NCBI GenBank assembly: GCA_023395575.1
Contig: JAEWZA010000061.1
Coordinates: 1-49,266 of the forward strand
Length of the DNA stretch: 49,266 nt
Reading direction: 5' to 3'
Origin: Bacillota bacterium
GTDB taxonomy: Bacteria > Bacillota > Clostridia > Acetivibrionales > DSM-1351
This document shows positions 10,004 to 18,199 of this stretch, piece by piece (the first letter of the stretch is position 1; the number at the start of each line of letters is the position of its first letter). The notes beneath the pieces are model-generated. The model saw only the letters and a program-made list of their open reading frames with translations, was not told the DNA's origin and made no database searches. The translations under genes were made by a program, and so were the position numbers.

Positions 10004-10116
10004 CGAAAACTCGAAAAAGGGATTGGACCAATATGGTGTGATTTCAGTTACAAAAAACCATTTCTAATAAGGAAGGAGAGCATGTACAATTTTATAATTG
10101 TCTATCAAAAATAAAA

Positions 10117-10269
10117 ATGAAAAATATAATTATTGCAATTATTATGTTTGCAATATGTGTTGCACTTGTAATTGGAACAGTTCTTCCAGTATCAGAGCTT
10201 ATATCTGACACTGGTGGTGAAGTATTCCATACTGTAAAGCTGCTAAATGATAATATTACAGCTAATTGA
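10117..10269 (+). CDS. Small pilin-like membrane protein 3 (50 aa)
   Basis: Hand-translated: MKNIIIAIIMFAICVALVIGTVLPVSELISDTGGEVFHTVKLLNDNITAN. Shares the MKxIIIxIxMxxIxxAL...PxxExxxxxG pattern; no SD immediately upstream. Confidence 0.75.
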   Translation: MKNIIIAIIMFAICVALVIGTVLPVSELISDTGGEVFHTVKLLNDNITAN

Positions 10270-10468
10270 AATAAGCATGAACTCAAATACAAGCAGCGAA
10301 GAGTCATAGGGAGTTTCATTTAAGTGCAGAGTATTGGCGAGATTAATTACGGTTCAAAGACTTCTCCTTGGTATAGTCTCAATAATAAATGTTATACCAG
10401 CGAGGTGCTTCTTTGATTACCAAGAAACCAATATAAATGTACCTATAATAAAGGAGTTTACATATAGA

Positions 10469-10909
10469 ATGAATAAGGTATACGCGTTTATAATAATCAT
10501 TCCATTAATTGCAATTTTATTTCTTAAAACAATGAGTTTTTATGAGTTTGATACAAAGCAAAGATATATTAAGAATGCCATTGACAATGTTGCGCATAAG
10601 GTTATGCTAACTGGTGTAATGACAGTTAAAGATAAAGAAGAATTAATGAATAAACTGCAAAAGCTAAGTTCCTTTGAAGATGAGGATATTATATTAAAAT
10701 GTGGTAATTTGGATTCAGATGGAACGTTATCAGATCTTAGTTCTTATAGTTTGGGAGAGGTACTTGATAGAGGTGAAGTGTTCAGCATATATATTCAGTC
10801 TGATGTAGAAACTGATTTTTCCAGAATGGAGGGCAGTTCAGAAAATGATAAGCTTTTTTATAAGGCAAAAGCTATTTGCAGGGTTGAAAAGAATAGACAA
10901 CAGGATTAG
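10469..10909 (+). CDS. TadE-like pseudopilin/minor pilin
   Basis: MNKVYAFIIIIPLIAILFL N-terminal TM, then an amphipathic helix and a small beta-rich domain. ATG 10469 follows AAGGAG; position after the pilins. Confidence 0.55.
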   Translation: MNKVYAFIIIIPLIAILFLKTMSFYEFDTKQRYIKNAIDNVAHKVMLTGVMTVKDKEELMNKLQKLSSFEDEDIILKCGNLDSDGTLSDLSSYSLGEVLDRGEVFSIYIQSDVETDFSRMEGSSENDKLFYKAKAICRVEKNRQQD

Positions 10910-11585
10910 CAACTGGTTTAATGGTTTTAAGATTTATAGAAACCAGGTTGGAGGTGGCCTAGGAATAGTTTTTATAGGGCTAGGTGCCATTCTTTTAGCT
11001 TTTTTTATTCTTATAAATATCGCAGATTACTCTATTTTAACATATAAGAGGAATGCTATTGCTAAAGCAATGGACTATGCTGTAAATGCGGCAGTTCAGG
11101 AAATAAATATAGAGCAAAGTATAATGGGTTTGGCAGATGGATTTGCTGAAGATACGGGAAATAGAAGCTTAGATGGAGTTAAAATAGATATAGATAGGGC
11201 TAGGGAAACGTTTTTGATGGTATTTTATGAAAACTATAATTCTAGCAATTTTAGTATTGATGAAGAATTGTTATTATGCGCAACACATACAATTGAGCAA
11301 AATCTGAAATATATAATAAAAGCTGGTAATGGACAGATAAATGAAGGAAACCTTGAAAATCCTGAGTTTTTAGAATCTAGAATTAATAAGGCTATAAACC
11401 AATATTGGACAAATTCAGAGGATACTAGTCAGGTATATATAAATGGTAATGAAAAGACTAATATTATAGAAAAGGGGGCCTACTTATTTGCATTTATTAA
11501 AGATATAAAGATAAAAGGTCTTTATTCTCAAAGAACAACTAGCTTATCAAGCTTCACTGGTGCTAGAGTTGAAAGGCAGAAATGA
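10845..11585 (+). CDS. TadG/TadE-like minor pilin
   Basis: Basic leader ...FKIYRNQVG|GGLGIVFIGLGAILLAFFILI resembles a class III signal, followed by KAMDYAVNAAVQ, typical of Tad N-terminal helices. Start may be TTG 10884. Confidence 0.6.
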   Translation: MISFFIRQKLFAGLKRIDNRISNWFNGFKIYRNQVGGGLGIVFIGLGAILLAFFILINIADYSILTYKRNAIAKAMDYAVNAAVQEINIEQSIMGLADGFAEDTGNRSLDGVKIDIDRARETFLMVFYENYNSSNFSIDEELLLCATHTIEQNLKYIIKAGNGQINEGNLENPEFLESRINKAINQYWTNSEDTSQVYINGNEKTNIIEKGAYLFAFIKDIKIKGLYSQRTTSLSSFTGARVERQK

Positions 11586-11587
11586 AG

Positions 11588-11866
11588 TGATCCATGCTCA
11601 AATTATAACAGTTTGTGTTACTTGTTTTTTCTTTAACCAAGTACCCCATTTAGCTAAGTTGTACTCGCTACCAGTAAAATAATAAGTAGTTTACCTGTAA
11701 ACTCAGGTAAAAATAAACTAGCACAACGAGATAAGTCTAACACGTTGTGCTAATTATTTTATAGGTCTTGCAGGATAAAAATTAAAGTACTGGTTTACTG
11801 GCACTTCCGTACAAACTTATCTAAATGGGGTACTCCCAAGATATTTGTTGAATTAGTAATGGATCA
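11588..11866. repeat. ~280 bp nested imperfect palindrome (MITE/REPIN-like) directly after the Tad-like operon
   Basis: TGATCCAT/ATGGATCA, GTACCCCATTTAG/CTAAATGGGGTAC, CCAGTAAA/TTTACTGG and TAGCACAACG/CGTTGTGCTA. One arm is homologous to 44235-44337. Confidence 0.8.
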
Positions 11867-11996
11867 TCCTAGATAATTATTCTAATATCAAATAAAACTA
11901 TTTTAGTGTAAAATATCATTAGTTAATAATAAGGTATTACCTGGTACTGGGAATAAGTAAGGAGATATAACGACATTATCTAATCGGGGAGCTACA

Positions 11997-12869
11997 ATGA
12001 AAAAATATAAAAAGGTTTACATTGAGATAACAAATATTTGTAATTTAAACTGCAATTTCTGTCCTTCAACAAAAAGACAGCTAAAATATATGAGCCAACA
12101 AGAGTTTTTACATGTTATATCACAAGTGAGACCATTTACAGATTATATATATTTTCATTTGATGGGAGAACCTCTTTTGAATCCGGAGTTGGAATGTTTT
12201 TTTGAGATTTGCAAGAACACTGGTCTGCAAGTAAATATTACCACAAATGGGACGCTGTTAAGAAAGTATGCAGGTATATTGCTTAATGCATCGGCACTGA
12301 GAAAGGTGAGTATTTCTCTACACAGCTTTGAAGCAAATGATACTCAGTTAGATATGCAAGAATATTTGGCTGATACAATTCATTTCGCAAAAGAGGCAAG
12401 TAAAAAGGGTATAATTTGTGAATTGAGGCTTTGGAATGGAGAGAGCGAAGGAATCAATGCCAGTAACTATTTGAATTCGTATATACTTAATGCCATAGAA
12501 CGAGCTATTAATATAGACTTTAGTCTGCAAGCTGCTTTGGGACAGAGCAATAATATTAAGCTACAAGACAAGTTGTTTTTACAGTTAGCAAAAAAATTTG
12601 AATGGCCTGATATGGATAGTGAAATAATGAATGAAGGAGTATTTTGCTATGGTCTAAGAGATCAGTTTGGGATTCTGGTTGATGGCACAGTTGTACCCTG
12701 TTGCTTAGATAACGAAGGTAATATTCCGTTAGGCAATATTTTTAATGAACCACTTAGTAAGATATTAAACTCAGAAAGAGCTAAAAAAATATATTCTGGT
12801 TTTACCGCGAGGACTGCAGTTGAAGAACTATGTAAAAAGTGTGGATATGCTAAAAGACATAAGAGATAA
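11997..12869 (+). CDS. Radical SAM protein with C-terminal SPASM/twitch domain
   Basis: EITNICNLNCNFC, MGEPLL, ITTNG; C-terminal FCYG...GTVVPCCLD...LGNI...CKKC. Confidence 0.88.
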   Translation: MKKYKKVYIEITNICNLNCNFCPSTKRQLKYMSQQEFLHVISQVRPFTDYIYFHLMGEPLLNPELECFFEICKNTGLQVNITTNGTLLRKYAGILLNASALRKVSISLHSFEANDTQLDMQEYLADTIHFAKEASKKGIICELRLWNGESEGINASNYLNSYILNAIERAINIDFSLQAALGQSNNIKLQDKLFLQLAKKFEWPDMDSEIMNEGVFCYGLRDQFGILVDGTVVPCCLDNEGNIPLGNIFNEPLSKILNSERAKKIYSGFTARTAVEELCKKCGYAKRHKR

Positions 12870-13097
12870 TATTTTATGAGGTTTAGAAATTTACATGTTA
12901 TAATTTTAAAGCTTTTATGCAGTATAAATGATATAATTGATATTATATTTATTAAAGTTTTAGGATTAGGTTTTGGTATTTTTAAAATAGTACTTTTTTA
13001 CCAGAAGTAATGGCTGGTTAACAATAGTAATGGAATTAATTAAAAAGGGGGATCAGGTTCATGCCTTATGTGATGGAGGTGTGAACATAATTGTAAA

Positions 13098-15044
13098 TTG
13101 AATATTTTATCTGCCGAAGGCATTTCAAAAAGCTATAGTGAAAAAATTCTATTTAATAATATATCATTAGGAATTGGTGATGGGGACAAAATAGGTCTTA
13201 TTGGTATAAATGGAACAGGGAAAAGTACTTTGTTAAAGGTAATTGCGGGGTTAGAGACTACTGACACAGGAAGAATAATAAAAGGAAATAGTGTAAGAGT
13301 AGGTTATCTTGAACAGAGTCCTTCCTTTGAAGCTGGAACAACTGTGCTTGAACAGGTTTTTGCAGGACCTACGCCAATTATGCAGCTATTGCGTGAGTAC
13401 GAGCTTGTGCTAAGAAAGAGCGAACAAAACCCAGATGATAATAATTTGCAAAAGCTATTATTAGGATTAATGAGCAAGATGGACAGCTTAAATGCGTGGT
13501 CGATAGAAAGCGAAGCGAAAACCATTCTCACAAAATTGGGTATAGATGATTTTAGTGCTGATGTTGCAACGCTATCAGGGGGACAGAGAAAGCGTATAGC
13601 AATGGCGGGAGCGTTAATTAATCCAACAGAATTATTAATATTAGATGAGCCTACCAACCATATTGACAATGACTCTGTAGATTGGCTGGAAAAATACCTG
13701 AACACCAGAAAAGGTGCTCTTCTTATGGTAACACATGATAGATATTTCCTCGAAAGAGTTGCAAATAGAATTATTGAATTGGATCATGGAAAGCTATACA
13801 GTTATCAGGCTAATTATAGTAAATTTCTTGAGATGAAAGCCGAACGCGAAGAGCTAGAGCAAGCATCAGAAAAAAAACGTCAGAACTTACTCAGAAATGA
13901 ACTTGAATGGATAAGGAGAGGTGCTCAAGCTCGTTCTACAAAACAAAAGGCTCGAATAGAACGATTTGAAAAGCTACAGGAAACTGATTCGCCAATGCAG
14001 GATGACAATGTAGAAATACAAGTAGGAGCTTCAAGATTAGGAAGAAAAATTATTAAGCTTGAAAATATACAAAAGGCATATGGTGAAAATAAGGTTTTAG
14101 ATGATTTTAGTTATATATTACTCAGGGATGACAGAATCGGTATAATTGGTAAAAATGGAATTGGAAAATCAACACTGCTTGGAATAATTACAGGTCAAAT
14201 TAAGCCTGATATGGGTAGAGTTGAAATTGGAGAAACTGTCAAGATCGGATTTTTTACGCAAGAAAATGTGGATATGGATCAAAATCTTAGAGTTATAGAT
14301 TACATCAGGCAGGTGGCTGAAAATATCGAAACAAAGAATGGAAGCATTAGTGCATCTCAAATGCTGGAAAGATTTTTGTTTGCACCTAATGTTCAGTGGA
14401 CGCCTATATCAAAGCTTTCAGGCGGTGAGAAAAGAAGATTGTATCTGCTGAAAATTCTTATGGGAGCACCTAATATTCTATTGCTAGACGAGCCTACAAA
14501 TGATTTGGATATTCAGACATTGACTATACTAGAGAGCTATCTTGATGAATTTCCAGGAGCAGTAATAGCTGTATCCCATGATAGATACTTCTTAGATAGA
14601 ATAGCGACAAAGATATTTTCCTTTGAAGGTGGCGGCAATATAAAAAAATATGCTGGAAACTATTCAGATTACCGTGAGTATGTAACGAGCCAAGTCCAAT
14701 CTGATGAAATACCAAAAAAGGCTTCTGACGTTAAGCAAGACAGTAATTCACAAAGTAAAGCTGATAGACATGTACAAAAAGAGAGACAGCTCAAGTTTAC
14801 TTTTAAAGAACAAAAGGAATTTGAAGAAATAGATAGTATAATAGCAAATCAGGAAAGCCAATTGAAGAAGATACAAGAAGAAATTGATAAGGCGGCTAGT
14901 GATTTTGAAAAGCTTCAAGAGCTATTAGCAAAGCAGCAACAATTGGAGGAACAACTGGAATATTCAATGGAGCGCTGGACTTACTTATATGAATTGGCTG
15001 ATAAAATAGAAAAAAGCAGAGTTGGCAAAACCAAAGGAGAATAA
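13098..15044 (+). CDS. ABC-F family ATPase (Uup/YfmR-like translation factor)
   Basis: Two ABC domains (GINGTGKS, LSGGQ, LDEPTNH; GKNGIGKS, LSGGE, LDEPTND), linker ELEWIRRGAQARSTKQKARI, C-terminal coiled-coil hairpin, no TM. Confidence 0.92.
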   Translation: MNILSAEGISKSYSEKILFNNISLGIGDGDKIGLIGINGTGKSTLLKVIAGLETTDTGRIIKGNSVRVGYLEQSPSFEAGTTVLEQVFAGPTPIMQLLREYELVLRKSEQNPDDNNLQKLLLGLMSKMDSLNAWSIESEAKTILTKLGIDDFSADVATLSGGQRKRIAMAGALINPTELLILDEPTNHIDNDSVDWLEKYLNTRKGALLMVTHDRYFLERVANRIIELDHGKLYSYQANYSKFLEMKAEREELEQASEKKRQNLLRNELEWIRRGAQARSTKQKARIERFEKLQETDSPMQDDNVEIQVGASRLGRKIIKLENIQKAYGENKVLDDFSYILLRDDRIGIIGKNGIGKSTLLGIITGQIKPDMGRVEIGETVKIGFFTQENVDMDQNLRVIDYIRQVAENIETKNGSISASQMLERFLFAPNVQWTPISKLSGGEKRRLYLLKILMGAPNILLLDEPTNDLDIQTLTILESYLDEFPGAVIAVSHDRYFLDRIATKIFSFEGGGNIKKYAGNYSDYREYVTSQVQSDEIPKKASDVKQDSNSQSKADRHVQKERQLKFTFKEQKEFEEIDSIIANQESQLKKIQEEIDKAASDFEKLQELLAKQQQLEEQLEYSMERWTYLYELADKIEKSRVGKTKGE

Positions 15045-16586
15045 ATGGAACAATTATTTGAAAGTATGGAACTAAACAAGTCACTGGTTGATGCTCTTAA
15101 GAAGGTTAATATTACAGTGCCCACTGAGATTCAATCCAAGGCAATACCTGAGGCCCAGAAGAATAAGGATTTGATAATACAGTCGGAAACAGGGACTGGG
15201 AAAACGCTTGCGTACTTGCTACCTCTTTTTGAAAAGATAGATACGCTGAAGAAGGAAATGCAGGCAATTATACTTGTACCCACCCATGAACTGGCTATAC
15301 AAGTTGAAAGACAGATAGAAATGCTATCTCAGAATTCGGATTTAAAGGCAACATCTACGCCTATTATAGGTGATGTAAATATACTGAGGCAAATAGAAAA
15401 GCTTAAGCTTAAACCACATATAATTGTGGGAACAGCAGGGAGAATACTTGAACTAATACAAAAAAAGAAAATTTCTGCACACACAATAAAAACTATTATT
15501 ATAGATGAAGCTGATAGGTTGCTTGATGACAGCTATATTGAGGGGACAAAAGCTGTAATCAAGACGACACTAAAGGAGAGGCAAATAGTAATTTGCTCTG
15601 CCAGTATATCTGTACGTACAATTGAACGGGCAAAGATATTTATGAAGGAACCTTTATTGATAAAGAGCACTCCAAAGATGCAGGTTCCTGATACAATTGA
15701 GCATATTTACTTTGTGGCAGAGCAGCGTGAGAAAGTAGAAGTAATGAGAAAGGTCATCAGAATGATAAATCCACAAAAGGCAATTGCATTTTGTGGAAGC
15801 GGTTATGACATTGAAGAGGCAACAGAAAAGCTTAAGTATCATAAAATTAATGCAGACAGTATACATGGTTCAAATGTAAAGATGGATAGAAAGAAGGTAA
15901 TGGATAACTTCAAATCAGGAAAGCTGCAGATATTAGTTGCCACAGATATTGCAGCCAGAGGACTTGATATAGAAGGTGTAACACATATAATTAATTTAGA
16001 TATACCAGAGCGTTCTATGGAATACCTGCATAGGGCCGGAAGAACTGGTAGAAATGGCAAGTCAGGTGTGACAATATCTATTGTTACTGAAAAAGAAGTT
16101 GAATTTATTAAGCAGTATGAAAGAGAACTTAACATAACCATATTACCTAAGGCAATGAAAAATGGTGTTATGACTGAGTATAAAAAAGCTACAAAAAATA
16201 AAATTGCATCTCAGGCTACAGCAGCAAGTGGTGTTAAGACACATAGTAAATCCAGCTTTAAGCATAAATCAGATGAAAATGGGAAAGCAGGCAATAGAAA
16301 GAAATCTATAGAAGGACAATTGAGTACTGGTCATAACAGAAAACGTGGAATAGAAAGTGATTACAAGAGAAAGTCCGTTAAAAGCCATAAACAAGATGAC
16401 AAACAAGCTGTGGGGGATAGACAGAATAGCAGCAATGCAAAGCAATCGACAAATTATAAATCAAACAGCAAGGCTTCGGCAAACCGCAGCTCCAATGGAA
16501 AGCCAGCTAATGGCAGTTTAAATGTTAAAACATCATCAGGTGGAGCAAAAAGCAGTAAACCTATGGTATTTAGGAAACCGAAATAA
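15045..16586 (+). CDS. DEAD-box RNA helicase with basic disordered C-terminal tail
   Basis: Q motif PTEIQ, SETGTGKT, PTHELA, DEAD, SAS, ARGLD, HRAGRTGR. ATG directly follows the ABC-F stop codon. Confidence 0.93.
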   Translation: MEQLFESMELNKSLVDALKKVNITVPTEIQSKAIPEAQKNKDLIIQSETGTGKTLAYLLPLFEKIDTLKKEMQAIILVPTHELAIQVERQIEMLSQNSDLKATSTPIIGDVNILRQIEKLKLKPHIIVGTAGRILELIQKKKISAHTIKTIIIDEADRLLDDSYIEGTKAVIKTTLKERQIVICSASISVRTIERAKIFMKEPLLIKSTPKMQVPDTIEHIYFVAEQREKVEVMRKVIRMINPQKAIAFCGSGYDIEEATEKLKYHKINADSIHGSNVKMDRKKVMDNFKSGKLQILVATDIAARGLDIEGVTHIINLDIPERSMEYLHRAGRTGRNGKSGVTISIVTEKEVEFIKQYERELNITILPKAMKNGVMTEYKKATKNKIASQATAASGVKTHSKSSFKHKSDENGKAGNRKKSIEGQLSTGHNRKRGIESDYKRKSVKSHKQDDKQAVGDRQNSSNAKQSTNYKSNSKASANRSSNGKPANGSLNVKTSSGGAKSSKPMVFRKPK

Positions 16587-16637
16587 CCAAATAGGTGGTT
16601 AACGAGCTATCTAGGTCCAAAAGTAGAAGTAAAGAAC

Positions 16638-16926
16638 TCAAACTTCGCAGTTGAATATACTGCTTAAAGACAAGTAATATCAGGTGTGGTAGCATTATCA
16701 ATGGAAAGTTGGGTTAGAAATAATTGCATGAATTAGTTGGTGAGTCGAAGTGTTTTTGCCGAAAAACCAACACGATGTCGGTTTTAGCACACTATGAACC
16801 ATGGATGGTGAATGTGTGCGACGGCTAAAATACTGAGCTGAACCATTACTAATTAATGCAATTATTTTGGCAACAAACCATTGATAATGCTACCGCACCA
16901 ATAGATTTTTTATGTGCGAAGTTTGA
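16638..16926. repeat. ~290 bp imperfect palindrome with branched apex (MITE/REPIN-like or structured RNA)
   Basis: TCAAACTTCGCA/TGCGAAGTTTGA; 22-bp arms 16683-16704/16878-16899 (21 of 22, the mismatch is G-U compatible); 20-bp inner arms (19 of 20); two apical hairpins. Confidence 0.85.
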
Positions 16927-16961
16927 ATAAAGTATAAGAACTAAAGGGGGTTAAGTTCTAG

Positions 16962-17864
16962 TTGGAATCAACAACTATACCAAAGTCATGGGAGGGTATT
17001 TTAGACTCGGCAAGTTTCATACCAATCACAAGTATGAAGTCTATTGAGCGCTATCGTGATACACGTTGGACAAAGGGGCTTAGCATTCACGAAACATTTG
17101 AGATGGTATACATTAAGTCGGGTGAAGGATTGTTTGAAATTGGAGACCAGAGTGTTGAAGTTGGCTCAAACGACATAGTTATAATTAAGCCTCATCAACA
17201 TCACCAGTTGAATGCAAAGTCAGCCCATGGGTGTGACTTCATTGTTTTATATTTTAAGTTTGTAAATAAGGCACACAAAAATTTATCAGAGACATCACTG
17301 GCTGATTTTATAAACTATGTAAGTGGCAAGGCTTCAGGAGCATTTATAAATCTTAAGGTAAGCCAAAAAAATGATATAATAGGGCTGCTAAATAGAATAT
17401 TGAAGGAAAAAGCAAGTGATCAGCTAGGGAGTGATTTGCTTAATTATTTAATGCTGATGGAACTATTTGTGCTCATTTCTCGGGCATTGAAGGCTGAATG
17501 GGAGAATAGCATAAAAAATAAAAGCCCAAAAATAAAGGAGCTTATGCAATCAGCTTTACAGTTTGTTCAAAATAATTATGAAAGAGAAATATCTATTACT
17601 GATATAGCACGATATGTTTTTCTTAGTCCCAGTTATTTTACAAGAGCATTTAAGGAAGAAACAGGCTTTAGTCCGATGCAATATCTCCTAAATATTAGAA
17701 TTAAGCGTTCTTGTGAGTTGCTTGAGGAAACTGATTTAAAAGTGGCAGATATAGCTCATAGTGTTGGATTTTCAAATCAGCAGAGATTCAATGACATATT
17801 CAAAAAGCAAATGAAAATGACTCCTATGCAATATAGAAATACGTCAAAAAACATTCAAAATTAA
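16962..17864 (+). CDS. AraC family transcriptional regulator with N-terminal cupin domain
   Basis: HETFEMVYIKSGEG...PHQHH cupin motif; C-terminal HTH LSPSYFTRAFK...VGFSNQQRFNDIFKK. Confidence 0.9.
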   Translation: MESTTIPKSWEGILDSASFIPITSMKSIERYRDTRWTKGLSIHETFEMVYIKSGEGLFEIGDQSVEVGSNDIVIIKPHQHHQLNAKSAHGCDFIVLYFKFVNKAHKNLSETSLADFINYVSGKASGAFINLKVSQKNDIIGLLNRILKEKASDQLGSDLLNYLMLMELFVLISRALKAEWENSIKNKSPKIKELMQSALQFVQNNYEREISITDIARYVFLSPSYFTRAFKEETGFSPMQYLLNIRIKRSCELLEETDLKVADIAHSVGFSNQQRFNDIFKKQMKMTPMQYRNTSKNIQN

Positions 17865-17887
17865 TAAAAATAACGGTAAATAACAGG

Positions 17888-17947
17888 AAGAACACTTTTT
17901 AGTATTGATATATAATTGCAACAAGACAATACTAAAAGGTGTTTCTT
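17888..17947 (+). terminator. Stem-loop after the AraC gene (probable terminator)
   Basis: AAGAACACTTTTTAGTATTG ... CAATACTAAAAGGTGTTTCTT. Confidence 0.5.
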
Positions 17948-18199
17948 ATACTCATTTGCATTTGAAATGTAGAATCACATTGTATTTTATTATAGGTCAG
18001 TGCTGTATTATGACTCCAAAATAGCCTATAAACAGCTATGAAATTAGTATATCGGTATCAGATTCAGAGGAAGCACAAGCTTCTGCTAAATCTAAGAAAA
18101 ATATCACAAAATTATAAATATAGTAGGTTTTATATATAATAGATAATATTCTTATATAGAACTTATGTAAGACTTTAACGGAAAGAGGAGGCGTTTAAA

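Noticed and set aside
9811..10319. Minus-strand ORFs 9811-9993 and 10092-10319
   Set aside because: Antisense to the paralogous plus-strand pilin-like ORFs, which have the better coding evidence.
10334..10468. N-terminal extension of the TadE-like ORF given in the track
   Set aside because: It overlaps a hairpin region; ATG 10469 has an AAGGAG RBS and begins with the TM helix.
9636..12869. Three small ORFs as RiPP precursors for the downstream SPASM radical SAM
   Set aside because: The peptides are TM-like and nearly Cys-free, the enzyme has no evident RRE domain, and a large palindrome separates it from the operon. Pilin modification cannot be excluded but has no support.
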